In this document: positions 10,402 through 20,533 of the stretch, piece after piece
Position numbering within the stretch: position 1 is the stretch's first letter
Layout of the letters: each line of letters starts with the position of its first letter
Source of the DNA: an uncultured bacterium
GTDB taxonomy: Bacteria; Planctomycetota; UBA1135; GCA-002686595
Length of the DNA stretch: 64,000 nt
Direction of reading: 5' to 3'
Assembly (NCBI GenBank): GCA_943787795.1
Contig: CALSNU010000002.1
Span: 256,001 to 320,000, forward strand
Program-made: the position numbers and the translations under genes
The notes under the pieces: generated by a model
The model's input: only the letters and a program-made list of their open reading frames with translations
Database searches by the model: none
What the model was told of the DNA's origin: nothing

Positions 10402-11756
10402 CGCCCCTCTCCCCCGCCGTAGCCCAGCTCGCTCATCTCATCCGCCTGCTGGCGGGTGAGCTGATCGGGGAGGGCCCGCTGGCCCTGGAAGGCGCCGGCG
10501 CCGAGGAGCACCTCGAGGGATCGGGCCATGTCCGCCACGGACGCCGCATCGCGCTCCGCGAGGTCGTCAAGCTCGGCGGGATCCACCGCGAGGTCGTAGA
10601 GCTCTGGCGCCGCGGCCGAGTCGAGAATGAACTTCCTTGAACCCTCGTAAATGGCCACGCGACGACGCCGGAATCGATCGCCGAAACGCTCCAGGTCGCG
10701 CAGGCGGCTGTAGTAGTTCTCCACCACCACAGGGTGATTGCCGGGGGCGCGTGTGAAGGACCGGGCGAGCACCGGGAAGCCCGAGGATTCGAGCGCTCCT
10801 GCGACGAGACCCGGCACATCCACCGAAGAGGCGCGCTCGGTGGCCACTCGACCCGCCGTCTGCCCCGGAGCCTTCACGAGTAGGGGCACCTTGACGAGGT
10901 CCTCGTACACGTCCTTGGAGTGCTCGACGAGGCTGTGGGCACCGAAGGCCTCCCCGTGGTCCGAGGTGATGATGACCAGCGCGTCCTCGAGGAGCCCACG
11001 CGTTCGGAGTCCCTCGAGGAGAGCTCCGACCTCCGTATCGAGACGACTCACCGCCCGCTGGTGGAGCGCACGGACCTCGAGCCCCGCGTCGCCGGCGGGC
11101 TCGTTCGAGACCATGACGCGCTCGATCAGCCCGTCGAGCGCCGCGTGCCCGTCCGCCTCCGGGTCGCCGGTGGCGTAAGGCCGGTGGGCGTCCATGTAGT
11201 TGACGAACAGGAACGCAGGTCGATCCCCCCCCGCCCTCGAATCGAGCCACTCGAGGGCCCGCGCGGTCACCCTGGCCCCGCTCTCGCGGCGCACATCCCA
11301 GCGCTGGAAGCCGGCGTCGAGTCCGAGCCCTGGCCGCAGGTAGACCGTGTTGGACACCACCCCGCAGGTCGCGTACCCCTCAGCGGCGAGCCCCTCCGCG
11401 AGCGTTTGAAACCGCGGGTGCAGCGCGAAGACGTTGTCGCCGCGGTGGCCTGGCCCCGGAAGGAACGAGTGCGCCCCGTGTTCGAACGGGAAGAGGCCCG
11501 TGAACATCGACGCGTGGCTCGGCATCGTCCAGGGAGCCGCGGAATAGCTCGAGACGTAGCGGGTAGCGCCCGCCGCGAACCGATCAAGATGGGGGGTCGC
11601 CCCCTCTGGCCCGCCGTAGGCCGAGAGGGAATCGGCGCGCACGGTGTCCATCGAGACCAGCACCACCGTCGGCGGCACGCCCTCCGGCGGGGCTGAGGGC
11701 CCCCCGCAGGCCGCGAGACCGAGGATCGAGAGGGTGACGTGGAGGACGAGACGCAT
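10398..11756 (-). CDS. Sulfatase-like hydrolase/transferase, lipoprotein
   Basis: LAAC lipobox after ATG 11756; SMDTVRADSL, WTMPSHASMFTG, NYMDAHRPY, TSDHGE. Confidence 0.88.
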   Translation of the reverse strand: MRLVLHVTLSILGLAACGGPSAPPEGVPPTVVLVSMDTVRADSLSAYGGPEGATPHLDRFAAGATRYVSSYSAAPWTMPSHASMFTGLFPFEHGAHSFLPGPGHRGDNVFALHPRFQTLAEGLAAEGYATCGVVSNTVYLRPGLGLDAGFQRWDVRRESGARVTARALEWLDSRAGGDRPAFLFVNYMDAHRPYATGDPEADGHAALDGLIERVMVSNEPAGDAGLEVRALHQRAVSRLDTEVGALLEGLRTRGLLEDALVIITSDHGEAFGAHSLVEHSKDVYEDLVKVPLLVKAPGQTAGRVATERASSVDVPGLVAGALESSGFPVLARSFTRAPGNHPVVVENYYSRLRDLERFGDRFRRRRVAIYEGSRKFILDSAAAPELYDLAVDPAELDDLAERDAASVADMARSLEVLLGAGAFQGQRALPDQLTRQQADEMSELGYGGGEGR

Positions 11757-11877
11757 GGGCCGACAAGAGGCTACGAACCACGCTGAGCGGTGCGAGCAGC
11801 CACCGGAGAATCCCCGGGGCTCCGAGGCACGGGCCAACCCGGAGGGGTCGGGTTCGTACACTGCCGCTGCGCCCGCC

Positions 11878-13467
11878 ATGAGACCCCGCTCCGCCCTCTC
11901 CACCATCGCCTGCTGCGCCCTCGCGCTCGCGGGCTGCGGCGGCTCCGAGGACGGGACCCGCGTGCTCGTCGTGGGTTGGGACGGCGCGACCTTCGACCTC
12001 CTGGACCCCATGGTGGCCGGGGGCGAGCTCCCCCATCTGGCGGCCCTCATGGCCAGGGGTCGAACGGCGGCCCTGGAGTCCACCAGGATCCCGATCAGCA
12101 GCGCCGCCTGGCCCACCATCTCCACCGGCGTCGGCCCCGGCGTCCACGGGGTCTACTCCTTCTTCCAGACCGAGGACGAGACCTACGACGTCCGCCTGGT
12201 CGCCGCCACCGATGTGGCGGCTCCTCCCATCTGGCGAGTCCTGTCCGCCCGCGGCCAGCGGAGCCACGTCTGGGGCGTCCCCATCACCTACCCCCCCGAG
12301 CAGATCGACGGCACGCTGGTGGCCGGCATGCTCAGTCCCTTCGGCGCGCAGTACGCTCATCCGCGTGGCCTCGCTGACGAGCTCCGCGCCAAGGGGCTTG
12401 TTCCGGACCTCGGCGTCTGGCGCCAGGATCAGGTGGCCGACCTCGACCTGGTTCGACGTCAGCTCGAGCTCAAGGAGCGCGAGCTACTCGAGCTCGCGGG
12501 CAGGCAAGACTGGCGGCTCTGCATGTTCGTCTTTAAGAGCCTCGACGTCCTGTGCCACCGGCCCAACCTCGACCTGCGGGGGCCCGAGATCCGGGAGCTA
12601 CTCCAGCGTCTCGACGGCATCCTCGGGCGGCTCATCGAGACCGTCGGGCCCGACACCACCGTGGTGCTGCTCTCCGACCACGGCTTCAAGAGCTACCGCC
12701 GGGCCTTCAACCTCCACCGATGGCTCGTCGATGGCGGATGGAGTATCCAGCGTGAGGGGGAGTCCGCAGGTACCTCGGCCGCGGGCCCCCTGGCGCAGGC
12801 CAAGGCGTCCCAGCGCGCCGCGAGGCTAGCGACGCTGGACCTCTCGAAGAGCCGCGCCATCGCCGACGTCGCCGAGGGGAACTTCGGCGCCATCCGGCTG
12901 AACGTCGCCGGGCGGGAGCCGGCAGGAATCCTCGCTCCGGAAGAGGTCCCGGGGGTCCTGGATGAGCTCACAGCGCGTCTCCACGAGATCGAGCTCCCGG
13001 CGGGGATCCCAGTGGTTCGGCGGGTCGATCGCGGCGCCGACCTCTACCCCGGACCGCTCCAAGACGCCCGCGTCCCGGACCTGATCGTGGAATTCGATCC
13101 GGCCTGGCGGGTCTATACCGACCTCTTTGGCCCCCCGTTGTCCGTGGGCGCCCAGCCCTTCCCCGACCACGCGCTCGACGGAATCCTCGTCACCGCGGGG
13201 CCCTCGATCGAGGGAGCGAGCGAGCGCGCACGCGCGCAGCTCACGGACGTCGCGCCGATGCTGTACCACCTCATGGGTGAGCCGATCCCCGCCCGTCTCG
13301 AGGGGGACCCCAGACCGTCCATCGAGCGCCGGCCGCGCCCAGTGCGTCGCCTCCCGACGGACCAGGACGCCGGCGAGGGCCGCCTTGAGGGCGTCTTCCC
13401 CGACCCCGATGGGGCCGGAGATCAGGAGGTCACCAGCCGCATCGAGAGCATCGGGTACGGGGGCTGA
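11878..13467 (+). CDS. Alkaline phosphatase superfamily (type I phosphodiesterase/nucleotide pyrophosphatase-like) lipoprotein
   Basis: LAGC lipobox; VVGWDGATF, PISSAAWPTISTGVGPGVHG, DVLCH, SDHGF, DHALDG. Confidence 0.85.
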   Translation: MRPRSALSTIACCALALAGCGGSEDGTRVLVVGWDGATFDLLDPMVAGGELPHLAALMARGRTAALESTRIPISSAAWPTISTGVGPGVHGVYSFFQTEDETYDVRLVAATDVAAPPIWRVLSARGQRSHVWGVPITYPPEQIDGTLVAGMLSPFGAQYAHPRGLADELRAKGLVPDLGVWRQDQVADLDLVRRQLELKERELLELAGRQDWRLCMFVFKSLDVLCHRPNLDLRGPEIRELLQRLDGILGRLIETVGPDTTVVLLSDHGFKSYRRAFNLHRWLVDGGWSIQREGESAGTSAAGPLAQAKASQRAARLATLDLSKSRAIADVAEGNFGAIRLNVAGREPAGILAPEEVPGVLDELTARLHEIELPAGIPVVRRVDRGADLYPGPLQDARVPDLIVEFDPAWRVYTDLFGPPLSVGAQPFPDHALDGILVTAGPSIEGASERARAQLTDVAPMLYHLMGEPIPARLEGDPRPSIERRPRPVRRLPTDQDAGEGRLEGVFPDPDGAGDQEVTSRIESIGYGG

Positions 13468-14873
13468 TGGCGCGCTCGATCGCCATACGAGCGGCGGCGC
13501 TCCTCGGCGCGGCCTGGATCCTGGCCTGGATCACCTACGGGCCGGTGAGCGGCGACGCCCTCCTCGGGTTCGACGCCTACCCCCTCATCGCCGCCTCCGC
13601 CGTCCACTCTGCGGGCGACCTCTTCGGCGCGTTCGGCGACGAGCTCATGGGTGGGCGTTATCCCGATGGCCGCTTCTATCGGCCGCTGGTCCACCTGAGC
13701 TTCGGATTGGACCATGCCCTCGGCGGCCTGAGCCCGACCCAGTACTCCCGCACCGACATCTCCCTCGTTGCGGTCACCGCCACGCTCCTCGGGCTCCTGG
13801 CCGGGACCCTCGCCAACGCGATGCCCGGCCCCACCGGTAAGGCGAGAGCCTTCGCCGCCGCGAGCGCCGCGGCGATCTACGTGTTGCACCGCGCCCAGCT
13901 CGAGGTCGTCCCCTATGCGCCGCGCCGCGCCGACGCCCTCGCGGTGCTCTTCGTCGCGGCCGTCGCCCTCGCGGCCAGCCGAGGCGCCCGCCCGTGGTGG
14001 ACCGGAGCCCTCGCTCTCTGCGCGCTGCTCTCCAAGGAGAGCGGCGTCATCGCACTGCCCGTCGCGATCGCGGCAGCCTACACCCGCCCAGGCGTTGACC
14101 TGCCCGCGGCAGCCCGCGCTGCGCTCGGCCCGGCCGTGGGCCTCGGCCTCGGTCTCGTCGCGCGCACCGTGGTCCTCGGCGGGCTCGGCGGGCACGCGGA
14201 GTCCGGAGCTCCGGGCCGCGAGTCGCTGGGCGCCATGGCGAGTTCCTTGGCCCACGCGATCAGCGCCTCGATGCCTGGCGGCGGCGCCCTCCTTGGACTC
14301 CTGGTCGCCGGGGGGCTCGCCGTGCTGGTGCGCAGAGCCGACGCCGGAGGCCGATCCGCCGCCCTCCTCATCGTCATATGGGCCGCCGCAGGGTTCGCGA
14401 TCACCACGCTCTCCGGCCGCTTCCACGACTGGTACGCCCTGACCCTCGTCGCCCCCCTCGCCGTCTTCGCCGGCGTGAGCTCTGGCCGGGGCCCCTTCGG
14501 CGCGGCCGTCGCCACTGTGCTGGTGGCGCTTGTCGCGGCGGGGCAGTTGAGGTCAGCCCAGAGGGACACCCTCCCCGTCGCGCAGGAGGTCTCTCGCGAC
14601 CAGGCTGAGCGTTTCGAGGCCCTCCTCCAAACCGCCCCGGCGGGCGAGGTCGCCGCCTTCGAGCCCTGGGTGTTCGCGGTCGCCACAGCGCCAGGTGCGC
14701 CACCCATCTTCGTGCACGCTCCTTACAGCCTGTCCGCCCTCGCAGAGCTCACGCTAAGGGAGGGCGCGGTTCAGGTCTTCACCGGCCAAGAGCCCCCGGC
14801 ACCCACCCCGAACCGACGACAAGTTCAGCTCGTCCCCGGCCCGCCTCCTCCGGCGACCGTCACGCTGCGCTGA
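13467..14873 (+). CDS. Multi-pass membrane protein, GT-C/TMTC-like glycosyltransferase
   Basis: FD near N-terminus, FYRPL, HRAQLEVVPYAPRRADAL, ALLSKESG resemble TMTC-type protein O-mannosyltransferase motifs; coupled to upstream gene. Confidence 0.6.
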   Translation: MARSIAIRAAALLGAAWILAWITYGPVSGDALLGFDAYPLIAASAVHSAGDLFGAFGDELMGGRYPDGRFYRPLVHLSFGLDHALGGLSPTQYSRTDISLVAVTATLLGLLAGTLANAMPGPTGKARAFAAASAAAIYVLHRAQLEVVPYAPRRADALAVLFVAAVALAASRGARPWWTGALALCALLSKESGVIALPVAIAAAYTRPGVDLPAAARAALGPAVGLGLGLVARTVVLGGLGGHAESGAPGRESLGAMASSLAHAISASMPGGGALLGLLVAGGLAVLVRRADAGGRSAALLIVIWAAAGFAITTLSGRFHDWYALTLVAPLAVFAGVSSGRGPFGAAVATVLVALVAAGQLRSAQRDTLPVAQEVSRDQAERFEALLQTAPAGEVAAFEPWVFAVATAPGAPPIFVHAPYSLSALAELTLREGAVQVFTGQEPPAPTPNRRQVQLVPGPPPPATVTLR

Positions 14874-14905
14874 TCTCCCCTCACCGACCGGCCACCGAGC
14901 TCACC

Positions 14906-16894
14906 ATGCTGCTGACCCTCACCCTCCTCGCCATCTCCCAGGAGGCTCAGAGCCTCCGCCCGCTCGAGGCCATGGACCTCTTCGAGCTCGAGGGGGTCAC
15001 CAGCCCCACCGTCTCCCCCGACGGCTCGCAGGTCCTCTACACCCGCGTCGGCTTCGACGTGATGAGTGACAAGCAACGGCGGGAGGTCTGGCTGCACGAC
15101 GTCGAGACCGGCGACTCCCGGCCGATCCTCGACGGCGTGGGCAGCGCCCGGTGGTCCCCGGACGGCCGCTACATCGCCTATGTGCGTGGCGCCGGTGGGG
15201 ACGGCGCCGAGGTGTTCGTGCGCTGGATGGACGACGGGACCACGCGGCAGGTGACGCGCCTCGCCGAGTCCCCTGGCTCCGTGCACTGGTCTCCGGACTC
15301 CAAGCGGATCGCCTTCACCATGAACGTCCCGCGCGAGGCCACGCCGTTGGCCTCGATGCCCAAGAAGCCCGCGGGCGCGGAGTGGGCCCCGGCGCCCAAG
15401 GTCATCCAGCAGTTCCGCTACCGGGCCGATGGCGGCGGCTACCTCGACGACGCCGACCGTCAGGTCTTCGTGGTGGACGCCATGGGCGGGACGCCCCGAC
15501 AGCTCACGGACGGCCCCGCCGATCACGGTGGCGGCCTGATGTGGGCGGACGAGGGCACGCTCCTGTTCAGCGCGAACCTGCGCGAAGACCGCCACGACCA
15601 CCCAAACGACACCGACCTCTGGTCCCTGCGCGTCGCGGATGGCGAGCTCACGAAGCTGACCTTCCGCGAGGGACCCGATGGCGGGGCGGCCCTCGACGAA
15701 GCGTCCGGGACGCTCTTCTGGACCGGCTTCGACGACCGGCGGCAAGGCCACCAGCAGCGCGAGATCTACGCGCGCCCCCTCGACGGCGGTGAGAGCAAGG
15801 TCCTGACCGCGGGGCTTGACCGCTCCCCAGGGAGCCTCCTCGTCGATCAGGGCGAGCTCTACTTCTCCTTCGTGGACGAGGGGCGGACGCGCGTCGGGGT
15901 GACCAGCGCCGGCGGCGGCGTCGAGGTCCTGGACATCGGCCTCCACGGCATGGGCTCCGGCCGCCCGTACTCCAGCGGCGAGTTCCACGTGGCCGGCGGG
16001 ACCATGGCGTGGATCGGCGGCGACCCCGCCTGGCCTGGCGAGCTTCACCTGGCTCGCCGCGGCGAGGACCTCGGCCAGATCACCGACGTCAACGCTGACC
16101 TGCGCGAGACCGTCGAGCTCGGCGCGGTGGAGGAGCTCTGGACGGAGTCCGGTGCCGGCGGCCTCCGGGTGCAGTCCTGGGTCATCACCCCGCCGGGCTT
16201 CGAAGCCGACCAGACGCACCCCCTGATCCTCGAGATCCACGGCGGTCCGTTCACCGCCTACGGTCCGGCGTTCACCTTCGAGCTTCAGCTCATGGCGGCC
16301 AAGGGATACGTCGTCCTGTACGGCAACCCCCGCGGGAGCACGAGCTATGGCGAGGGCTTCGCCAACCGGATCCACCACGCCTACCCGAGCCAGGACTACG
16401 ACGACCTGATGAGCATGGTGGACGCGGTCGTGGAGCGCGGCATCATCGATCGGACTCGACTCTTCGTGACCGGTGGCAGCGGCGGCGGCGTCCTGACGGC
16501 CTGGATCGTGGGCACCACCGACCGCTTCAAGGCGGCGGTGGTCGCCAAGCCGGTCATCAACTGGATCTCCTTCGCCCTCACGGCGGACGCCTACGACTTC
16601 TTCTGGCAGTACTGGTTCCCCGGCGCCCCCTGGGATCACTTCGAACACTACTGGGAGCGCTCACCGCTCTCCCGCGTGGGGAACGTGACCACCCCGACCA
16701 TGCTGCTCACGGGCGAACAGGACTTCAGGACGCCGATCTCGGAGTCGGAGCAGTACTACCAGGCGCTCAAGATCCAGGGGGTCGAGACGGCCATGGTGCG
16801 CATCCCCGAGGCGGGCCATGGCATCGCGCGTCGGCCGAGCCACCTCATCGGCAAGGTGCTCCACATCCTGGCCTGGTTCGAGCGGGACCGCTAG
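14906..16894 (+). CDS. S9 family peptidase (dipeptidyl/acylaminoacyl peptidase)
   Basis: WSPD propeller repeats, IHGGP, NPRGSTSYG, GGSGGG nucleophile, D and H of triad (QDFR, AGHG). Confidence 0.95.
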   Translation: MLLTLTLLAISQEAQSLRPLEAMDLFELEGVTSPTVSPDGSQVLYTRVGFDVMSDKQRREVWLHDVETGDSRPILDGVGSARWSPDGRYIAYVRGAGGDGAEVFVRWMDDGTTRQVTRLAESPGSVHWSPDSKRIAFTMNVPREATPLASMPKKPAGAEWAPAPKVIQQFRYRADGGGYLDDADRQVFVVDAMGGTPRQLTDGPADHGGGLMWADEGTLLFSANLREDRHDHPNDTDLWSLRVADGELTKLTFREGPDGGAALDEASGTLFWTGFDDRRQGHQQREIYARPLDGGESKVLTAGLDRSPGSLLVDQGELYFSFVDEGRTRVGVTSAGGGVEVLDIGLHGMGSGRPYSSGEFHVAGGTMAWIGGDPAWPGELHLARRGEDLGQITDVNADLRETVELGAVEELWTESGAGGLRVQSWVITPPGFEADQTHPLILEIHGGPFTAYGPAFTFELQLMAAKGYVVLYGNPRGSTSYGEGFANRIHHAYPSQDYDDLMSMVDAVVERGIIDRTRLFVTGGSGGGVLTAWIVGTTDRFKAAVVAKPVINWISFALTADAYDFFWQYWFPGAPWDHFEHYWERSPLSRVGNVTTPTMLLTGEQDFRTPISESEQYYQALKIQGVETAMVRIPEAGHGIARRPSHLIGKVLHILAWFERDR

Positions 16895-17952
16895 CGGCTG
16901 CCGAGCTCGGTCAGCCGCTGGTCGAGGCGACCGAGGAGGTCGGGCGCCGCGTCCGCCACCCCCGCCTCAAGGAGCTTGCGCCGCGCGCTCTGAAGGAGCG
17001 CTCGGGCCTCCTCCTCGCGCCCCTCGATCCACTCCAACTCGCCGAGCTCCCACCACGCGCGACCGAGCCACTCGGCCTGTCGCGCCGAGGGGTTCGCGGC
17101 GTACAGATCCCGCGCCCCGAGGTCCGCTTGCTCCAGGAACGCCCTCGACTCCGCGAGACGCCCGGTCAGTCGTAGGGACCGACCGAGGGCCCAATCCACC
17201 TGGAGGAGGTCCATGGGCGACGCCGCGCCCTCGGTCAGGAGCGCTCGCGCGCGCTCGAAGCACCTGGAAGCGTCCTTGAAGTCGCCCCGCGCCTCGAGCA
17301 GCCAGCCGTGGTTCGACCAGAGTGAGCCCTCCCAGCGGGGCTGCTCGAGCCCCTGGCAGATATCGATGGCCTTCAGGCTCCAGGTGAGCTGCGCGTCGCC
17401 CTCGGTCACGAGGGCACAGAGGCTCGCGCTCTGCATGGCGCGTACCTCGAGCCCGGCATCCTCGCAGACCTCCACCAGCGCCTCGAAGGTCACCAGGGCC
17501 GCGCCGCTCTCGCCAAGCTTCCACTGACGGATGCCTCGGGCCAGCATCACGCGGCTCCGGGTCCCGATCCCCTTGTCCTCGGCGTAGCGCTCGGCGAAGG
17601 ACATCCAGCGGTCGCTCTCCTCAACCGCGTCCTGCAGCGCGTTGATCGTGGAGGCCCGCGCCGCGGCCTCCGCCGCCAGGTCCTCGTATCCGCCGGAGAG
17701 GGCCGCGAGGTAGAGGGCTGAGTACATGTCGAGCGCCTGCTGATAGGCCCGCCCGTCGAACGCGTCATCTGCACGCGTCAGCTGGCGGTCGAGGGATCCT
17801 CTAGGGGTGGCTCCCTCGGGCTGCGCCTCGCTGCTCACACAGCCGAGCGCGAGTCCGAGCCCGAGGAGCGCGGCCGCGAGGCGGCGACCCTTTCCGAGGG
17901 CGGCCCCACGCCCCCCTCTCACCGCGGCGGAGGTTCCCCTCGGCACACTCAA
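16891..17952 (-). CDS. TPR-like alpha-helical lipoprotein, function unknown
   Basis: LALGC lipobox; helical repeats (WSNHGWLLEARGDFKDA, WALGRSLRLTGRLAES); TTG start overlapping upstream stop. Confidence 0.65.
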   Translation of the reverse strand: MSVPRGTSAAVRGGRGAALGKGRRLAAALLGLGLALGCVSSEAQPEGATPRGSLDRQLTRADDAFDGRAYQQALDMYSALYLAALSGGYEDLAAEAAARASTINALQDAVEESDRWMSFAERYAEDKGIGTRSRVMLARGIRQWKLGESGAALVTFEALVEVCEDAGLEVRAMQSASLCALVTEGDAQLTWSLKAIDICQGLEQPRWEGSLWSNHGWLLEARGDFKDASRCFERARALLTEGAASPMDLLQVDWALGRSLRLTGRLAESRAFLEQADLGARDLYAANPSARQAEWLGRAWWELGELEWIEGREEEARALLQSARRKLLEAGVADAAPDLLGRLDQRLTELGSR

Positions 17953-19370
17953 CGGGCCTTCTCCGCGGGGAGGTTCTTGCGCTCGACCTCTCCCCCGTAA
18001 CCGAGGGAGCGGAGCGTATCGATGGTGGATTGGTCCAGGGTTCCCCCGAGGGAGACGGGGGCGTGGGCTTGCTCCCACTCACGGATCAGCGCGGTCAAGG
18101 CCTCGATGCGCGCAGGGTCGTCGATCGGCCGGCGCTCATCGGGGTCGGCCTCCAGGTCGTAGAGCTCGGGCTGGACCCCGAACTTCTTGCGGCGGAACTC
18201 CTTGGGGAGGTGCAGCCGCCAACGCTCATCCACCGTCACCGAGTGGGAGCGAGCGCAGACGGCGAAGATCGCGGCGCGCCCGGACGCGGCGGACTCAGCG
18301 GTGGCGGAGTCGAACATGGCGCGACCCGGCTGGGCTCGCTTCACGGGCAGATCGCAGAGACCGTGGAGCGTGGGGACCACGTCGATGTGCTGGACCCAAT
18401 CGGACCGGCGCACGCCCCTGGGGACCCCCGGACCGGCCAGGACCAGCGGGATCCGGACCTGCTCGTCGTGGAGCATGAGCCCGTGGCGGCGATAGAGGTC
18501 GGGCGCCTCATCCTCTGGGTGCTTGAGGTCGGGGAGCGACGGTCGCTCCATGAGCCCCTCCCCGTGATCCGAGGTCACGACGATGACCGTCGACTCGAGG
18601 AGGCCTCGCGCCTCGAGCGACTCCACGAGGTGCCCGAGGGCCAGGTCGAACTGATAGACCTCCGAGTCATACAGGCGCCGGATACCTTGCACGGTCTCCC
18701 AGTCCTCGTCGGACAGGCGATCCGCCAGCATCGTCCCCGGGTGGTCCGCACGCTGGGCCTCGAGAGCCGCGCGCGCGGCGTCGCGGACGGCTTCCTCGGC
18801 ATCGGGCTCAAACCCGCGCGGATCGAGCGGCTCGTAGGGGTGGTGGGGATCCACCGGGTGAAGCCAGAGGAAGAAGGGACGCTCGCCGCCGGCCCGGCCA
18901 TCGATCCAACGGAGTCCCTTCCCGAGGACCTCGTCGGCCGTCCATGACATCTGCTCCGCACGGTCGATCTCGAAGGACTCGATCCCGCGGTTGTACCCGA
19001 GCCGGCCATTCAGGATGGGGTTGGCGACCACGGCGGCCGTGTCATAGCCCGCGTCGAGGAAGCTCTCGGCCATGTGGACGTGATCCGGGAGGATCGACGG
19101 ATCCGCGAGGCTCTTGACCTCGCCCGTCATCAGCATGCTCATGGACGGGAGGGTCCAGGAGGACATGGCGAAGGCACGCTCGAAGACCGTGCCGCGGGCC
19201 GCCAGGGCGTCCAGGTTCGGCGTCGTCGGACGGAAGTGTCCATACGTCGAGGTCCGATCGGCCCGCAGGGTGTCGCAGACGATGAAGACCACGTTCGGAC
19301 GCTCCACCTCCGGCTCGGCGCAGCCCCCGAGGGCAGCCGCGAAGGCGAGGGCTAGGAGTGACCGGCGCAT
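17949..19370 (-). CDS. Sulfatase-like hydrolase/transferase, lipoprotein
   Basis: LGGC lipobox; RPNVVFIVCDTLRAD, WTLPSMSMLMTG, DPHHPY, TSDHGE. Confidence 0.88.
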   Translation of the reverse strand: MRRSLLALAFAAALGGCAEPEVERPNVVFIVCDTLRADRTSTYGHFRPTTPNLDALAARGTVFERAFAMSSWTLPSMSMLMTGEVKSLADPSILPDHVHMAESFLDAGYDTAAVVANPILNGRLGYNRGIESFEIDRAEQMSWTADEVLGKGLRWIDGRAGGERPFFLWLHPVDPHHPYEPLDPRGFEPDAEEAVRDAARAALEAQRADHPGTMLADRLSDEDWETVQGIRRLYDSEVYQFDLALGHLVESLEARGLLESTVIVVTSDHGEGLMERPSLPDLKHPEDEAPDLYRRHGLMLHDEQVRIPLVLAGPGVPRGVRRSDWVQHIDVVPTLHGLCDLPVKRAQPGRAMFDSATAESAASGRAAIFAVCARSHSVTVDERWRLHLPKEFRRKKFGVQPELYDLEADPDERRPIDDPARIEALTALIREWEQAHAPVSLGGTLDQSTIDTLRSLGYGGEVERKNLPAEKAR

Positions 19371-19384
19371 CGCGGACGCGGCGC

Positions 19385-20533
19385 TCAGGCCCTGGCCTGC
19401 TGCCGCTCGACAAGCTCGCGGAAGCGGACGAAGAGGTGAGCGGAGTCTCCGGGACCGGGGGCGGCCTCGGGGTGGTACTGGACGCTGAAGACCGGCAGCG
19501 TGCGGTGCTTCATGCCCGCGAGGGACATGTCATTGAGGTTCCAGTGGGTCGGCACCAGGTCCTCGGGGAGCTCGGCGTCGTCGACGACGTAGCTGTGGTT
19601 CTGGGAGGTGATCTCGATGCGGCCGGTCTCCTCGTCGCGAACGGGGTGATTCGCACCGTGGTGGCCGAAGGGCATCTTCTTGGTCTTGGCTCCCAGGGCA
19701 AGGGACAGGATCTGGTGGCCGAGACAGATCCCGAAGACGGGCAGGGCCTGCACCAACTCGCGAGCGCTCTCGATGGCGTAGTCCACGGCGGCGGGGTCCC
19801 CGGGCCCGTTGGAGAGGAAGACACAGTCCGGCGCCATCGCGATCACCTCGCTGGCCGGGGTGGACGCAGGGACGACGGTGACGTCGAAGCCCGAGTGCAC
19901 GAGGCTGCGGAGGATGTTGCGCTTCGCGCCGAAGTCATAGGCCACGCAGCGCAGGCGGTCCCCGGACCAGGGCGCCTCGAGCTCAGGGAAGGACTCATCA
20001 AAGGCGGAGGACCACTGATAGGTCTCAGCGCAGGTGACGACGCTGGCGAGGTCTCGACCGTCCGTTGAGGTCGCGCCCTTGGCCTTGGCCACGAGTGACT
20101 CGGGGTCGCTGTCCTCCGTGCTGAGAACAAAGCGCAGCGAGCCGTGCTCTCGGATCGCCTTGGTGATCTGGCGCGTGTCGACGCCGTCGATGGCGACCAC
20201 GCCGTGGCGATCAAGCCAGTGCTCGAGCGTCTCCGTGCAGCGGTGGCTCGACGCGATGGTGGAGAGCTCCTTCATCACGAAGGCCTCTGCCCAGCACTTC
20301 GAGGACTCCATGTCCTCGTCCGCGATCCCGTAGTTCCCGATGAGCGGATACGTCATCACGACCCCCTGGCCGGCATAGGAGGGGTCCGTGAGGATCTCCT
20401 GATAGCCGGTCATGGCCGTGTTGAAGACGAGGTCACCGCTGACCTCGCCGCTCGCGCCGACCGAGCGACCCTCGACCACCAGCCCGTTCTCCAGCGCGAG
20501 CCAGGCCCGCGCACCGTTCTCTTCCACACTCAT
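19385..20533 (-). CDS. carA: Carbamoyl-phosphate synthase small subunit
   Basis: FNTAMTGYQEILTDPSY, LSNGPGDP, GICLGHQ, QYHPEA. Confidence 0.97.
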   Translation of the reverse strand: MSVEENGARAWLALENGLVVEGRSVGASGEVSGDLVFNTAMTGYQEILTDPSYAGQGVVMTYPLIGNYGIADEDMESSKCWAEAFVMKELSTIASSHRCTETLEHWLDRHGVVAIDGVDTRQITKAIREHGSLRFVLSTEDSDPESLVAKAKGATSTDGRDLASVVTCAETYQWSSAFDESFPELEAPWSGDRLRCVAYDFGAKRNILRSLVHSGFDVTVVPASTPASEVIAMAPDCVFLSNGPGDPAAVDYAIESARELVQALPVFGICLGHQILSLALGAKTKKMPFGHHGANHPVRDEETGRIEITSQNHSYVVDDAELPEDLVPTHWNLNDMSLAGMKHRTLPVFSVQYHPEAAPGPGDSAHLFVRFRELVERQQARA

